A DNA stretch of 64,000 bases, from NCBI RefSeq assembly GCF_006345805.1, contig NC_043014.1, forward strand, positions 32,984,001 through 33,048,000, given 5' to 3'. The notes beneath the pieces were generated by a model. The model searched no databases. It saw nothing but the letters and a program-made list of their open reading frames with translations, and was not told where the DNA came from. This DNA comes from Octopus sinensis (lineage: Eukaryota). Below are positions 11,890 through 24,844 of this stretch, piece after piece; the stretch's first letter is position 1, and each line of letters opens with the position of its first letter. A program made the position numbers and the translations under genes.

Positions 11890-13279
11890 GTATTTACATA
11901 CAGTCATCTATATGCGTGCATGTTTTTGTTTGTTGTGCATTTAATCCTTTCTTATTGTGACACAAGGTGAACTATTCCTAACAGTAGTTTAATCCCAGGT
12001 TAACTCTGAAAGACTAGAAGTATAATCAAAAGCGTTCCAGCCATGAACATCCCCACTTTGTTTTTAGATTACATGTTGGACTACGCTTTCCAATGATCTT
12101 GTTTTAGATTGTAGAGTGTGATTTAAAGGAGATCTGTTATTTCTAGCAGATTGCTTGATCGCATAGCGACTATTGAGGTATAGGAAACTGCATTGATCCC
12201 TCTTGTGTATTAGTCATTGGCTCTTATTTTAGACAAACCTGCGATAATTTGAACTTGGAACGGAACAACAGGAATGTGTTTAACTCGATGCTTGTCACCA
12301 ATGTAATTTCTTGTAGATTATATTCATTTAGTTTTTAGAAGTGTATATGCCTGCATGCATGCATCTATGTATAATTTTAACTCTTACACGCAATTACATA
12401 CACGTGTGTATATACTTTATGCGACACACCCAAACAATTTATGGCGCGTGTTTAAAGTTTCATTATTGTCGGAGAGAAAAAGATGAAAAATATACTATGT
12501 TGAAACTAGTAAACAGGCCTTTGTCGATCCCCTCACTGAGAAAAAGCAATAATAAAATTCCTCATCTAAGTTCGTGTGCCATCATCCTTATGAATATTAA
12601 TGTAGATTAAACGACTTCAATATATCTTGTTCTGGTTTTTTATGTTGATATCCTGTATCAGTAAATTCCATGTCAAGTTCTCTTTCACACACACACATAC
12701 ATATGCATACACATTTTTTAGTTGTCCTTGTTTGACAAGTGATTTGATTTATTATTGTAATGTATGATGAAATGAAACAATTATATCAAGTGCAAATTGT
12801 TGTCCTCGTTAAACGCACACGGGCATTATATTCACTTTTACTTTGTTATGATTTCATAGTAAGTACCCAGCCAATCGACTGATCCCTACCCCTCCCTAAC
12901 AGTCTTGTGTCTATGTCATAAAAATCGTCGTTTTTCCGTAGTAATAATAGCAGTGTATATTAGAAGTCAAACTCTTTCATCGTATGACATTCCTGCCATA
13001 TTATATGGCAATAACAAATCATATCACAAAATCAACTTCTGTTCTGTGAATTAGAACGATATTTCCAACCCAGCAATTTTTTTACGTCAGCTCTGCTCGT
13101 GGTCTTTTCTTGACTACCACCAGCTCCCACCGTCGTTACAACAACCACACATTATCTTACTTTGCTTCCATGTCCCGTCCCCCCCAGTACATTGTACGCC
13201 ACACACCGTCGCACCTAATGCCACGAATGTACTTGCCACACACACAAACCACCCACATCTCTGTTCATGCTTTCACTTC

Positions 13280-13290
13280 CACTTGGAGCT

Positions 13291-13341
<51 letters not shown>

Positions 13342-13750
13342 GGCTAAATATTTGAGTCACATATTAGAATGTATACTTGGATCCACAGATAGAAAGTTAA
13401 ATGCTTGTATTGTAAGGAGTCAGAGGAAAACACATACACTGTCCTCAATACATCAGCACATACACACTACCTTACTAACATCTCATACATACACAGGGCC
13501 CTGTCTAACTACATATATATACACATATACCCTACCCTCACTAGCATCTATCATAAACACACACACCACTTTTGCTACGGACAATCTACACATACACACA
13601 CTACTCTCACCTTATCTATGCATACTAACCTCACCACAATCACCCACGACCTTCATTCATCATACATACTCCACTCATTCATTACATGCACACTGCCCTT
13701 ACTCGCCACATACAACACAACACAAACCAAGGAGGGGACCACTGTGATTC
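13280..13750. repeat. (CA)n microsatellite and degenerate CA-rich tract
   Basis: Direct reading of the sequence. Confidence 0.85.
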
Positions 13751-13958
13751 TTTGACCTACTTGAAATAACAGTCTTTCCTTCATATCACACCCCATTGTC
13801 TTAACAGAGGAAAACTTTGGATCATGTACAATTACATACTTTTCCTAAAAAGACGGTATGATCATGGCTGGAAGGCTTTACATTGCATGTCTGCCAGGGG
13901 CTACCCAACAACACAAGGACAAACTACTCTTGCCTTACTCAGTCTTTACCTCTACTAT

Positions 13959-15140
13959 GATTTGATCCTAGCTATTTTAAGGACTTGCTTTCATCAGGAT
14001 AGGGCCTTGATGATAGTAAGATCAAACAACTGAGTAAGTTTGAGAGCTTGAGTTGTATGCTGCTCATATTTAGTGGGTGTATGGTGTGATGTTTTCTTGA
14101 TGTGAGTAGCATTTGTGTTTTCTTGCTATTGAAAGAGAAAAAGATACTTTCAAGGCCACTATTTGAGAGTATCATTCTCAACAAATAAGAACTTATAAAA
14201 AAACACTCAAAAACGTCTTTGACTTTTAGTAAAATTTTTGCTTATCTAACACTACAAACTTCCTTCGGCATATAAATCTATCAAAATTTCCTCCTTAGTG
14301 ACCATCAGTTCTGTTTCCTCAAAGCCAGATCCACAAGTGACCTTCTCTTGTTACATACCAGCCGGTGTTTGCTTTGGAGGAATTTGGGGAAAGTGATGTT
14401 GTCATTCTCAACATTAGTGTGACTTTGATCATGTCTTGCATGTAATTCTCCTATTGAAACTTTTCTACCTGTATGCTCTACCTATCTCTCATCTCTTGGA
14501 TCAGTAGCTTCCTACCGAATCCCCCTAGTATTGCATGTAATGATGGAGTTCTTTCTGTCCATTATTCTATCATCTTTGGCATACCTGAGGGTTCAGTTTT
14601 ATCGCTCACTCTCTTCCCTCTATACCTCAATGACTTACATGCTATCACATTCTACAACACTCACTCTTATACAAATAACACTACCCTTCATTCCTCCCTA
14701 ACATTCTCCATCTATGTTTTATCTACCCTCAACCCAGACACAAAATGCCAGGCATACACACCATAAATAGTGGCCTTGAAAGTATCTTCCTGTAGGTATA
14801 TGCCAACTTTTTCTCTTTCAGTAGCAAGAAAACACAAATGCTACTCACATCAAGAAAACATCACACCATACACCCACTAAATATGAGCAGCATACAACTC
14901 AAGCTCTCAAACTTACTCAGTTGTTCGATCTTACTATCATCAAGGCCCTATCCTGAGGAAAGCAAGTCCTTAAAATAGCTAGGATCAAATCCTTATCTTT
15001 ATAAATTCCTCTTCCATTCAGGGCCAGAAAAAATTTCAACCTCTAACAATTATTAATACTCTACAATGGGCTTCCACACAGTTTCCATCTACCAAATTCA
15101 CTCATGAAGCACTGTTTAACCTAGGACTATAGTACAAGAT
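13959..15140 (+). mobile_element. Decayed CR1/L2-group LINE reverse transcriptase fragment with an inverted duplicate of its downstream segment
   Basis: The 14473 frame reads IIFGIPEGSVLSLTLFPLYLNDL...HSYTNNTTLH, a decayed GVPQGSVL...LF...YADDT motif. The segment encoding FNSKKTQMLLTS occurs in both orientations (13959-14164 minus, 14765-14991 plus). Confidence 0.75.
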
Positions 15141-15419
15141 ATTTTGCCGAAGATTTCACATGTTAACATGGTAACAAAAGGGACTCTCTATCCACACAAC
15201 CAGTTCAAATTGATTACTATTATTGTAAATTCATTGTGTATTATTTATCTCATTTATAATATTACTTGCAAAAATAATATATTGATTATATACATGAATA
15301 CAGTGATGAATTTAATGGACAAGTAGAGGTCCACCGGGGCTCAGTTCTCAGTCCACCACTATTTATAATAGTCTGAGCTCTGAATGCAGAAGACATATAG
15401 ACTAGAGAAGAATGAAGGT

Positions 15420-15730
15420 AGTATGCTCCGTTGGATGTGCAACATCAGTGTGCACATATGACAAAGTACAAATGTGTTGAGAGAAAAGATGGAATCAAAT
15501 GCAGCATGTAAGAAAGAAATTTACTTTCGTTTGGATATGTGATGTCTATGAATGAAGACAGCTGTATAAAGAAGTACTGATCACTGAGATGAATGGCGCC
15601 TCTGTGAGAGAGAGAGACCCATAAAGACATGGGAAAAGGCAGTGAGGACCGATCTCTGGATGCTAGAGGAGGACAATAGACGGCAATGTCTGGTGATATG
15701 AAGTTCTTGAGAAGACCTGTCCACTTCAAT
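15420..15730 (-). mobile_element. Decayed RTE-like LINE 3' fragment
   Basis: Contains the ...SRDRSSLPFPMSLW... end region similar to other RTE 3' ends in the window; frameshifted. Confidence 0.45.
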
Positions 15731-16210
15731 GAAACTGAGTTCTATGAAGCACTATGGGTTCCACCCACATGTAACAACAGTAAAACTTTTCCCACACCCT
15801 TCCCCTACAAACCAAACTACATCTCTCCTCTTCCTCACATTTCCTCTTTTCATGCTCTGCTTATGTTTATCTCTTGCTTCCCAATTCTGTCCTCAATGCC
15901 CTGCTTACTGCTTCATTGTTATCCTGTTTCACCCACCCCCTCTATATTCCCAGGTTTTACCAGTCGCTGCATACCCCACACTCCTCACAGTCATGTGAAG
16001 TCTCGACTGCCTACTCATGTACCTTGGCCATACCATACCATTTATATTCTGACCTCATATCTTGAGGGCATGTTCGTCCACTTTGCCACCACTTATCTCT
16101 CCCTTGCTCTTCTCTACCATCCTATTTATATTTTGATCCCCATTCCTTTTGAGCATGCCCTGGTACTTCACTATCTCTTTCCTGCTTTCTTGCACTCTTA
16201 CTCTCTTCCA

Positions 16211-16267
<57 letters not shown>

Positions 16268-16439
16268 TCTATCCCTTCGACTGGTTAACCATGTATCTCC
16301 TCTACAGCAACACACTCGTTACTAACCTTAATCTTGATCACTCCTTCTCTTTTTCTTTCTCTCTCTTTCTGTCTCTCTGTCACATGCTAACCTTTCACCT
16401 GGCACACAATCACCTCCTCCAGTGCCACATCCCCTTTCA

Positions 16440-16660
16440 AAGGATCTTTGTCTTGCAAGTTATATGGTAACCCTGCCAGTGCTGGTGCCACATGAAAAGC
16501 ATCAAGTCCACACTGTAAAGTGGTTGATGTGAAAAAGGGCATCCAGCCATAAAAACCATGCCAAAACAGACTGAATCATGGTGCAATCTTCTACCTATCC
16601 AGTTCCTGTCAAACTGTCCAACCCATGCCAGCATGGAAAGTAGACATTACATGATGATGA
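16440..16660 (+). mobile_element. RTE 3' UTR-derived repeat (family R). Other + copies near 19440-19780, 21140-21480, 28170-28410, 28660-28850, 29870-30180, 31240-31850, 39300-39855, 59140-59790, 62850-63130; - copies near 26640-26820, 27050-27195
   Basis: Shared ggttggcRttaggaagggcatccagc...ccaacccatgcYagcatggaaaa...gatgatgatg tail, the same as the 3' UTR of the LINE at 51078-53335. Confidence 0.8.
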
Positions 16661-16689
16661 TATATTTATGTATATATATGTATATTATA

Positions 16690-17310
16690 TGTGTAAATGA
16701 ATATATATATTGGATCATTCCATAAATGATGCGGGGTTTTTTTTGATACTTCTTTTATTGACATTTTGATAGAGAACCCATTTCTTATCACCAGTCACTA
16801 TTTGGTCAAAAAAAAGGTTCATTCCCGAGACATGATAGCAAAGAAGCACACACATTCATTCTCTGCAAGTGCGATTAGACTCAGAAGGTTTGTGAGGAAC
16901 CTGCTGACCCAATTTGCTGACTTTTCCAATGGCACGCAGGTGTTGATGAATAGTTGAATAACCAAATCCAAGCTCCTCTGCTAGTTCCTCAACAGTTAAG
17001 ATGAGATTTTGTTCCACCTGGGTTTACAGGACATCCTTGTTGTGCTCTACAGATCTTCCAGGATGAGGCTCATCTTCTAGGCTGTAGTTTCCAGCTCAGA
17101 ATTTCTGGAACCACCATTAATATTGGCTTACACTTCTTGTCCAATCCCCATGTACTGTATTAATATTCCTCACACTTTCTGTTGCATTGTTGTCTTTATT
17201 GAACTCATAAAGCAGAATATGCCAAATATGCTCCTTTGTCACTTCTATTATAACTGTTAGAATCAAACTGCATTCTTCAAAACTTGCACTAAGAATAAGT
17301 ACAAGGTAAA
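16690..17310 (-). mobile_element. Mariner transposase remnant (N-terminal HTH region)
   Basis: The minus strand reads HIWHILLYEFNKDNNATESVRNINTVHGD...WFQKF*AGNYSLEDEPHPGRS, typical of mariner (IRHILLYEF..G.NA...WF.RF..GN.SLEDE.RSGRP), with stops. Confidence 0.8.
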
Positions 17311-17439
17311 ATTACTACCTGCTTTTATAGCAAGTTGATGCAGTTAGTTTATCTCATTCCCCTTTGACTTTTAGATCATGCAATTGAAAAAAAAACACAT
17401 TATATATATATATTTCTTTACTACCCACAAGGGGCTAAA

Positions 17440-17670
17440 CACAGAGTTGGCAGAAACGTTAGCACGCCAGGCGAAATGCGTAGCCGTATTTCGTCTGTCG
17501 TTATGTTCCAAGTTCAAATTCCGCCGAGGTCGACTTTGCTTTTCATCCTTTCGGGGTCGATAAATTAAGTACCAGTTACGCACTGGGGTCGATGTAATTG
17601 ACTTAATCCCTTTGTCTGTCCTTGTTTGTCCCCTCTGTGTTTAGCCCCTTGTGGGTAGTAAAAAAATATA
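17440..17670 (+). mobile_element. SINE family A, full length
   Basis: gagttggcagaaacgttagcacgccaggcgaaatgcgtagcc head, gttcaaattcc B-box-like motif, core gtcgactttgcYtttcatcctttcggggtcgataaa. Confidence 0.85.
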
Positions 17671-17740
17671 TATTACTTGTAAAACAGTAAGAGTTGGCAA
17701 TAGGAGGAAAACATCCAGTTGTAGAAAATCTGTCTCTAAC

Positions 17741-17820
17741 CCAGTGCTACTCAAAGTGGTGTTTGCGGACCGGTGCTGGTCCATGAGCCATCAGCTGCTG
17801 GTATGCAGCCAGTTTTCAGA
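17741..17820 (+). mobile_element. hAT/Charlie-like 5' terminus
   Basis: cagtgctactcaaagtggtgtttgcggaccggtgc resembles CAGTG.TTCTCAAAGTGTGGTCC-type hAT ends; no partner end was found. Confidence 0.45.
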
Positions 17821-17849
17821 AAAGAAACATAAAATGCTTATGTAATATC

Positions 17850-18229
17850 GGCATAGGAGTGGCTATGGTAAATAGCTTGCTTACCAACCACATGGTTCCG
17901 GGTTCAGTCCCACTGCGTGGCACCTTGGCCAAATGTCTTCTACTATAGCCTCAGGCCAACCAAAGCCTTGTGAGTGGATTTGGTAGACGGAAACTGAAAG
18001 AAGCCCGTCATATATATGTATATGTATGTGTGTATACATGTTTGTCTCCCCCAACATCGCTTGACAACCGATGCTGGTTGTTTACATCTCCGTAACTTAG
18101 CAGTTCGGCAAAAGAAACCGATAGAATAAGTACTAGGCTTCCAAAGAATAAGTCCTGGGGTCGATTTGCTTGACTAAAGGCGGGGCTCTAGCATGGCCAC
18201 AGTCAAATGACTGAAACAATTAAAAGAGT
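17850..18229 (+). mobile_element. SINE family B (tRNA-derived, CORE-like). Other + copies 23800-24199, 34255-34600, 35390-35770, 36424-36815, 38600-38965, 41625-41965, 57000-57380, 62100-62512; partial - copies 22030-22150, 27440-27575, 56204-56340
   Basis: A-box-like tggctgtgtggt and B-box-like ggttcagtcc; ggcaccttgggcaagtgtctt resembles the CORE motif (gtgaccttgggcaagtcactt); internal (TA/TG)n tract; aaatgactgaaacaagtaaaaga tail. Confidence 0.85.
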
Positions 18230-18463
18230 ATTATATTATTTGTTTATAAAATAAAAAGATGGACAAAATACTGCAAAGTATTTTGCCCGGCATGCAAACA
18301 ATTCTGTTAGTTTGCTGCCTCTGCTGAACTGGTAGAATCATTAGCATGCTGGGTAAAATGCTTAACAGCATTTCATCCGTCTTTTCGTTCTGAGTTCAAC
18401 TTCTGCTGAGGTCAGCTCTACCTTTCATCCTTTCAGGGTTGGTAAAATAAGTACCAGTTGAGT

Positions 18464-18758
18464 TGTTTGTTCCTTCTTGAGCCATGCCTGGCTCATAAGG
18501 GCCGGTTTCCTTGGCGTATAGGTTCCCCACCTGGACGGGACACCGGTCTGTCGCAGGTGAGCTGCAAGATGCAGGAGGAAAGAGTGAGAGAAAGTTGTGG
18601 TGAAAGAGTCAGCAGAAGTTTGCCATTACCTTCTGCTGGACCTGCATGGAGCTTAGGTGTTTCGCTCATAAACACACACATCACCTGGTCTGAGATTCAA
18701 ACCCGCGATCCCTCGACTGCGAGTCCGCTGCTCTAACCACAAGGCCATGTGCCTCCAC
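18464..18758 (-). mobile_element. SINE family C (tRNA-derived) nested in a family A copy (18330-18850). Other copies 24442-24743 (-) and 56060-56200 (+)
   Basis: Minus-strand head tggccttgtggttagagcagcggactcgc...gggtttgaatc. 15-bp target duplication aagtaccagttgagt (18449-18463 and 18759-18773). The 24442 copy has a 16-bp duplication attggctgtatatata. Confidence 0.85.
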
Positions 18759-19879
18759 AAGTACCAGTTGAGTACTGGAGTCAATTTAGTTGATTTAGCC
18801 ACTCACCCAAACCTACTGGCCTTGTGCCAAAATTTGAAACCAATATTAATGCTATTACTACTACTATTTTGTCAGCAGATTGACAGAATTGGTAGAATAT
18901 CAGACAAAATACTTTACAGTGTTTTCTTTACATTCTGAGTTTCAAATTCTGACAAGACGGGTTTTGTCTTTCATTCTTTCCGGGACAAAAATATAGATAT
19001 GGGTCATGTCCTTGACAGTTCTCTTTCCAAAATATTTGTGTCCTTGTATGAAAGGAAGGATGTCCAAAAGAATGAACAAGTGGAGATGATATTGAGAGGA
19101 CTCTTTAGTTTTATCAGAGATAATCTTTTTAGTGCTCTCTTGTGCTGTACAGCGGTTAATGAGAGGAAGGATATCTAGCTGTAAGAAGGAAATTAACAAA
19201 GGCAATGTAGGGCAGAGGTTACTTATTAGTTTTGTTCTTTCTTTTTTCTTTCATTCCAGTGTTTTAAATCTGGGCTTTATCCCCATTAACGGGGTGGCCG
19301 GATCTACCTCAATGCCATAGCAACTGCCCTCACACCATCTCATCATCTTGCCCAGTTTTGGGCATCCTCCTTTTTTTTCAAACCAATCCTCCCAATTTCC
19401 TCCTCCGCCTTTTCCTCCGTCTACCTCGTTTTCACGCTTCAGTTGTGATACCTGTGCCTGTGGCACGTAAAAAGCACCATCTGAACGTGGCCAATGCCAG
19501 TGCCGCCTTGACTGGCTTCCATGCTGGTGGCACATAAAAAGCACCAACTGATCATGGCCGTTGCTAGCCTCGCCTGGCACCTGTGCCAGTGGCACGTAAA
19601 AAGTACCCACTACACTCACGGACTGGTTGGCGTTAGGAAGGGCATCCAGCTGTAGAAACACTGCCAGATCAAACTGGAGCCTGGTGCAGCCTCCTGGCTT
19701 CCCAGACTCCGGTTAAACCGTCCAACCCATGCTAGCGTGGAAAACAGACATTAAACGATGATGATGATGATGATGATGATTTACCTCAAACGCAATAACC
19801 CTCCTCAGAACATGCTCTTCACCCCTCCTCAATACATGCCCATACCACCTCACTCCATTCGCCATTGAAGATGTGAAGG

Positions 19880-20170
19880 TATGTGGTTTAGTGATTAAGG
19901 TATTCAGCTCACAATTCTAAGGCTGTGAGATCGATTCTGGGCAGCGTGTTGTGTCCTTGAGCAAGACCCTTTATTTTTCATTGCTCCAGTCCACTCAGCT
20001 GGCAAAAATGACTTGTACTTGAATTTCAAATAGCCAGCCCTATCACGTTGTGTCACACTGAATCTCCTGAGAACTATATTAAGGGTCTGCATGTCTGTGG
20101 AGTGCTCGGCTACTTGCATGTCAATTTCATGTAGGCTGTTCCATTGATCGGATCAACTGGAACCCTCATC
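19880..20170 (+). mobile_element. SINE family D (tRNA head, gtgtccttgagcaagac core). Related copies 42085-42410, 56745-56960, 60190-60490
   Basis: The same head, core and tail at 19880 and 60190 (ttgctccagtccactc...gtcacactgaatct...ggctgttccatt...atcaactggaac). Confidence 0.8.
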
Positions 20171-20179
20171 ATTGTAAAC

Positions 20180-20480
20180 AACATCATCATCATCATCATC
20201 ATTGTTCGACCATGGTCGAGACAATGGAATTTACCATGCTACGCCAGACTTCACAGTCCATCATGGCATTACGGAGGTCCTGTTGCTGGATGCCTGTATC
20301 CCTGGAGATTACATCAGGGTAGGAGAGTGTGCACCCTCTGGTATTGCGAGTAGATGGCTTCCAGAGGAGAAGAGTAGAAATTGCCTCGTTTTCAGCTCTA
20401 CTACAATGTCCAGCAAACTGGACTCTCTTACCTTTCACAAGAGATGACACAGGTGGTAGTTTCCCATATATTTGCATTTT
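20180..20480 (-). mobile_element. RTE-like LINE 3' end (second family)
   Basis: Minus ORF ...KRVQFAGHCSRAENE...LLLWKPS..TRG.TLSYPDVISRDTG....LRNAMMD.EVWRSMV followed by a (TGA)n tail. Confidence 0.75.
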
Positions 20481-20869
20481 GGTTGGATGTAAACAACAGT
20501 TTTATTTGTAGTTGTTGAAGATCATGCCCTTTGTGCAACAAAGACATTCAGTTTTCTCTTGTTGCTGTGTGAAGGCACATGACAAAGCAACATAACAAAG
20601 AGATAAGATGCTGTGGGATCTGTTAAACTGTTGCTTGACTGGAAAAATCTAACAAGAAAGGATAATGATGGAAGGTGATGGAATGAAAGAATCATCAGAG
20701 CATTTGACAAAATGCTTTACTGTATTTTTAGTTTGTATATTTTTATATCATTTTAGTTTTAAACCCCCACTGGGATCAATTTGACTTTTTAGTTAGACTG
20801 GAAGGATAATAAGTAAAGTACCATTTAAAAACCGATGTCAGCCTAATCAACTAATACCTATTTCTTTAT

Positions 20870-21090
20870 TACCCACAAGGGGCTAAACATAGAGGGGACA
20901 AACAACGACAGACATAGGTATTAAGTTGATTACATCGACCCCAGTGCGTAACTGGTACTTAATTTATCGACCCCGAAAGGATGAAAGGTAAAGTCGACCT
21001 CGGCGGAATTTGAACTCACAACGTAACGGCAGACGAATACGGCTACGCATTTCGCCCAGCGCGCTAACGTTTCTGCCAGCTCGCCGCCTT
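20870..21090 (-). mobile_element. SINE family A (minus strand); another minus copy at 57955-58160
   Basis: Reverse complement of the 17440 consensus. Confidence 0.85.
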
Positions 21091-22199
21091 AATTCTAATA
21101 CCTTTTGCTTAAATGTGAAGCCTTGTGCTTATGTTAGGAATCTTTATGATTCTTTGGATGTTATGTCTCATGGAGGTGATGGCAAGTGGCCGGGGCTTTT
21201 GGCAATTTGCTGTGCTTGAGAAGACACATCAAGCTTAGTGAAATCATAGCCGTGACCAGTGCCAGTGACACAAATGAGGCACCTCTGTCAGTGACACATA
21301 AATGCCAGCGATGCATAAAGGACACCCAGTACACTCTATGAAATGTTTAGCATTAAGAAGGGTATTGAGCCATAGATACCAAGCCAAAACATGACTGCAG
21401 CCTGGTGCAGCTCTTTGGCTTGCCAACTCCTGTCAAACTGTCTAACCCATGCCAGCATGGAAAACAGGTACTAAATGATGATAATAAGTTAGCATGACCT
21501 CGCATTGTAAGAAATTGCTGACATGATCACTGAACCGTATCTTACTACACTAGGTTCTATTGTGTTCCTTTAAGTAAAATCACCTAACTTTGACGTAACA
21601 AAACATGAAAACATGCCCTACTTTTCAGTGTTGGGTGTTTAGTATTTGCTAGTAAATAAATCCAACTTTTAACAATAATTGCCTTTCTCCACTCTCAACA
21701 AAAAGAAAAACAAACAACTCATTCAAATAATGGTTTCTTTATTGTTGTTATTTCATTGTCGTTTTATCATCCACATTTCCATGTTTGCATGAGTGAAATG
21801 GGGATTTATTGAGGTATATTTTCTGTGGCTGAATGCTCATTCTGTCACCAATCCTCACCTATGTCCAATCAAGGTAATATTTCCCTCTGGCCAGACATGT
21901 TTTTGCAGGATATTGGAAATGAATAACACTGCTTGTATGACATGACATTCATTTACAAATATAGTGCAATGCCAAGAGAAGGAGACTCAAATATATATGC
22001 AATCACATATCATCATCATCATAATGGACAAGCTTCTTTCAGTTTCTGTCTACCAAGTCCACTCACAAGGTGTTGGTTGACCCAGGGCTATAGTAGAAGG
22101 CACTTGTCCAAGATGCCACACAGTGAGACTGAACATGGAATCATGTAGTTTAGAAGAATAGTAATAGGGTTATCACTAACCCTAAAATATTATTAGTCA

Positions 22200-22610
22200 A
22201 CAAGGTGGCAAGCTGGCAGAAAGGTTAGCACGCCAGGCAAAATGCCTAGCGGTATTTCGTCTGTCTTTACATCCTGAGTTCAAATTCCGCCGAGGTCAAC
22301 TTTGCCTTTCATCCTTTCGGGGTCGATAAATTAAGTACCAGTTACGCACTGGGATCGTTGTAATCGACTTAATACCTATGTCTGTCCTTGTTTGTCCCCT
22401 CTATGTTTAGCCCCTTGCGGGTAGTAAAGAAATAGGTATTTCGTCTGCCGCTACATTCTGGGTTCAAATTCCGCCGAGGTCGACTTTGCCTTTCATCCTT
22501 TTGGGGTCGATAAATTAAGTACCAGTTGAGTATTGGGGTTGATGTAATTGACTATCCCCTCCCACCAATTTCAGGCCTTGTGCCTATAGTAGAAAGGATT
22601 ATTAGTTTCC
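22200..22610 (+). mobile_element. Head-to-tail dimer of SINE family A
   Basis: Junction gtagtaaagaaataggtatttcgtctg fuses the tail of copy 1 to a 5'-trimmed copy 2. Confidence 0.8.
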
Positions 22611-24844
22611 AACTGCATTACAATGTTATGTTGGTGGACAGAAAGAAAAAAACTAATGCTTTGTGTGCTCTATCTCTGTGAGTTTATCATTTGTGTGATC
22701 TTTCTCTGTGTATAACCACTTTTGTAGTTCCTTATTATGTGACACACCTATGTTGTTCTTACTCCTTCAGTGCAACTTGTGTGTATGTGTGTGTAAGACA
22801 AAAACCTACATCTGAATATATGTAAAACCTATCACCTAATGTGTGTATGGCGGAAAAATAAATCTTCAGTTCAATTTGTGTCTGTAAGCTAAGCCTACAC
22901 CTATATGTGTTTCTGTGTGGGAAAACAAAGTTTCATTGGAATATGCGTAGAAAAAGAAAAATAAATCTATTCGTGTCTTTAGAAAAACAAACTTATTGCT
23001 ACTTAAAACTATATATAAAAAAAAAACTTTCACACATACACTCACACACATATCATTGAGAGGGAGAGTGGAATTAAAGAAAGATAACTCCTATCTTAGC
23101 TGCCAAAGTATCATTGGAGCTACAATGGTAACAAATACCATGAGAGCTTGCCCTAACTACGTAATTATATTAAAGCACTGCGAAATATCAACAGCTCAAC
23201 AACCTTCTTCCTCTGCCAAACATCATCATCATTATCACTATCTTCATCAACACTTCTTCACTAGCATCACCAACATCATCAGTCAGTTCGGTGTTATTAT
23301 AATTATATATTTTTAATATGCTCGCTATATTTAAGATACAGGAGATGCTGATGTATGTCATTAAGTATGTTTGTGTATGGTTGTGTGTACCACTAAGAAT
23401 ACTCAACCTAAATTAAGATAAAACACAAATCCTAAACAAATCTGAAAATATTCTGTAGAACAGATCCGTCCAAAGATGAAATGGTAGTAATGGTGATAGT
23501 AAGGATCTCAATAAGTGTGTGTGTGTTTCTGTGTGGATGTGTGAATTTCAAGGAGTTTTTTTGCCTTCCATTTCTCTATTGTTTAAATATCAAACATAGC
23601 CTATGGTTAAAATTTTCCTAATTATATAATCAGTGCCTAATGAACTATGAGGATGATCCGGTTCTTGACTGAAGATTAGAGGCTTCGAATGACCCGTCCG
23701 TTTTTTGTGTAGTCTATTTGAATGTTTTGCGTTCTTGTCCCATTTTGTATTTTTATATATATTTTTTATACACACACACACACATATATATATAGGCTCA
23801 TAGGCACAAGCGTGGCTGTGTGGTAAGAACTTGCTTCCCAACCACATAGTTCCGGGTTCAATCCCACTGCATGGCACCTTGGGAAAGTGGCCTCTATTAT
23901 AGCCTCAGGCTGATCAAAGCCTTGTGAGTGGATTTGGTAGATGGAAACTGAAAGAAGCCCATCATATATGTGTGTATTTGCTTGTGTCTATGTAAGTCCC
24001 CCTGCCATTGCTTGACAACCAATGTTGGTGTGTTTATGTCCTTGCTACTTAGCAGTTCGGTAAAAAAAACTGATAGAATAAGTACTATGCTTACAAAGAA
24101 TAAGTCCTGGGGTCAATTTCTTCAACTAAAAAACCCTAAAAGCAATGCTCCAGCATAGCCACAGTCAAATGACTGAAACATGTAAAAGAATAAAAGAGTA
24201 TATATAATGAATGAGTGAAACAAAATAGAGTTAGCAAGAATCTTTATTCAACACAAATATCATTTTGACACATCCTGCGTCTGTCCCTTACGGGTGGGAT
24301 GTTGCACAGCTAGTTGTGTTGCATCCATGTTTGCAGGCTGCATCTTGTCAGGTGCCACGTTTTAGATAAGATACTTTGTTACATATACTGAGTTTTGTTT
24401 GGTATGTTGTGGTTGCCTGTAAGATATTGGCTGTATATATAAAAATGTCACCCTTTTCAATCCTAGCCAGGCTCATGGGCCCGGTTTCTGTGGCATATGT
24501 GTTCCCCCCAGCTGGATGGGACGCCAGTCCATCACAGCATTACTCAAGAAACAGGAAGAGAGAGTGAGAGAAAGTTGTTGCGAAAGAGTACAACAGGGGT
24601 CGCCACCACCCCCTGCCAGAGCCTCGTGGAGCTTTTAGGTGTTTTCGCTCAATAAACACACACAACACCCGGTCTGGGAATTGAAACTGCAATCCTCCGA
24701 CCGCGAGTCTCCTGCCCTAACCACTGGGCCATTGCACCTCCACATTGGCTGTATATATATTGTCAGTAAAATCATAAATCCAAAAAAGAAGCACACTCTT
24801 AAGTTATAGAGCAGTTGAGTATACAGGTAAAAACAGATACGACG

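Noticed and set aside
17850-17930. tRNA genes at the SINE heads (also 35390, 55111, 56060, 62100)
   Set aside because: A/B-box-like motifs are present, but I could not fold a full cloverleaf, and each continues into a SINE body.
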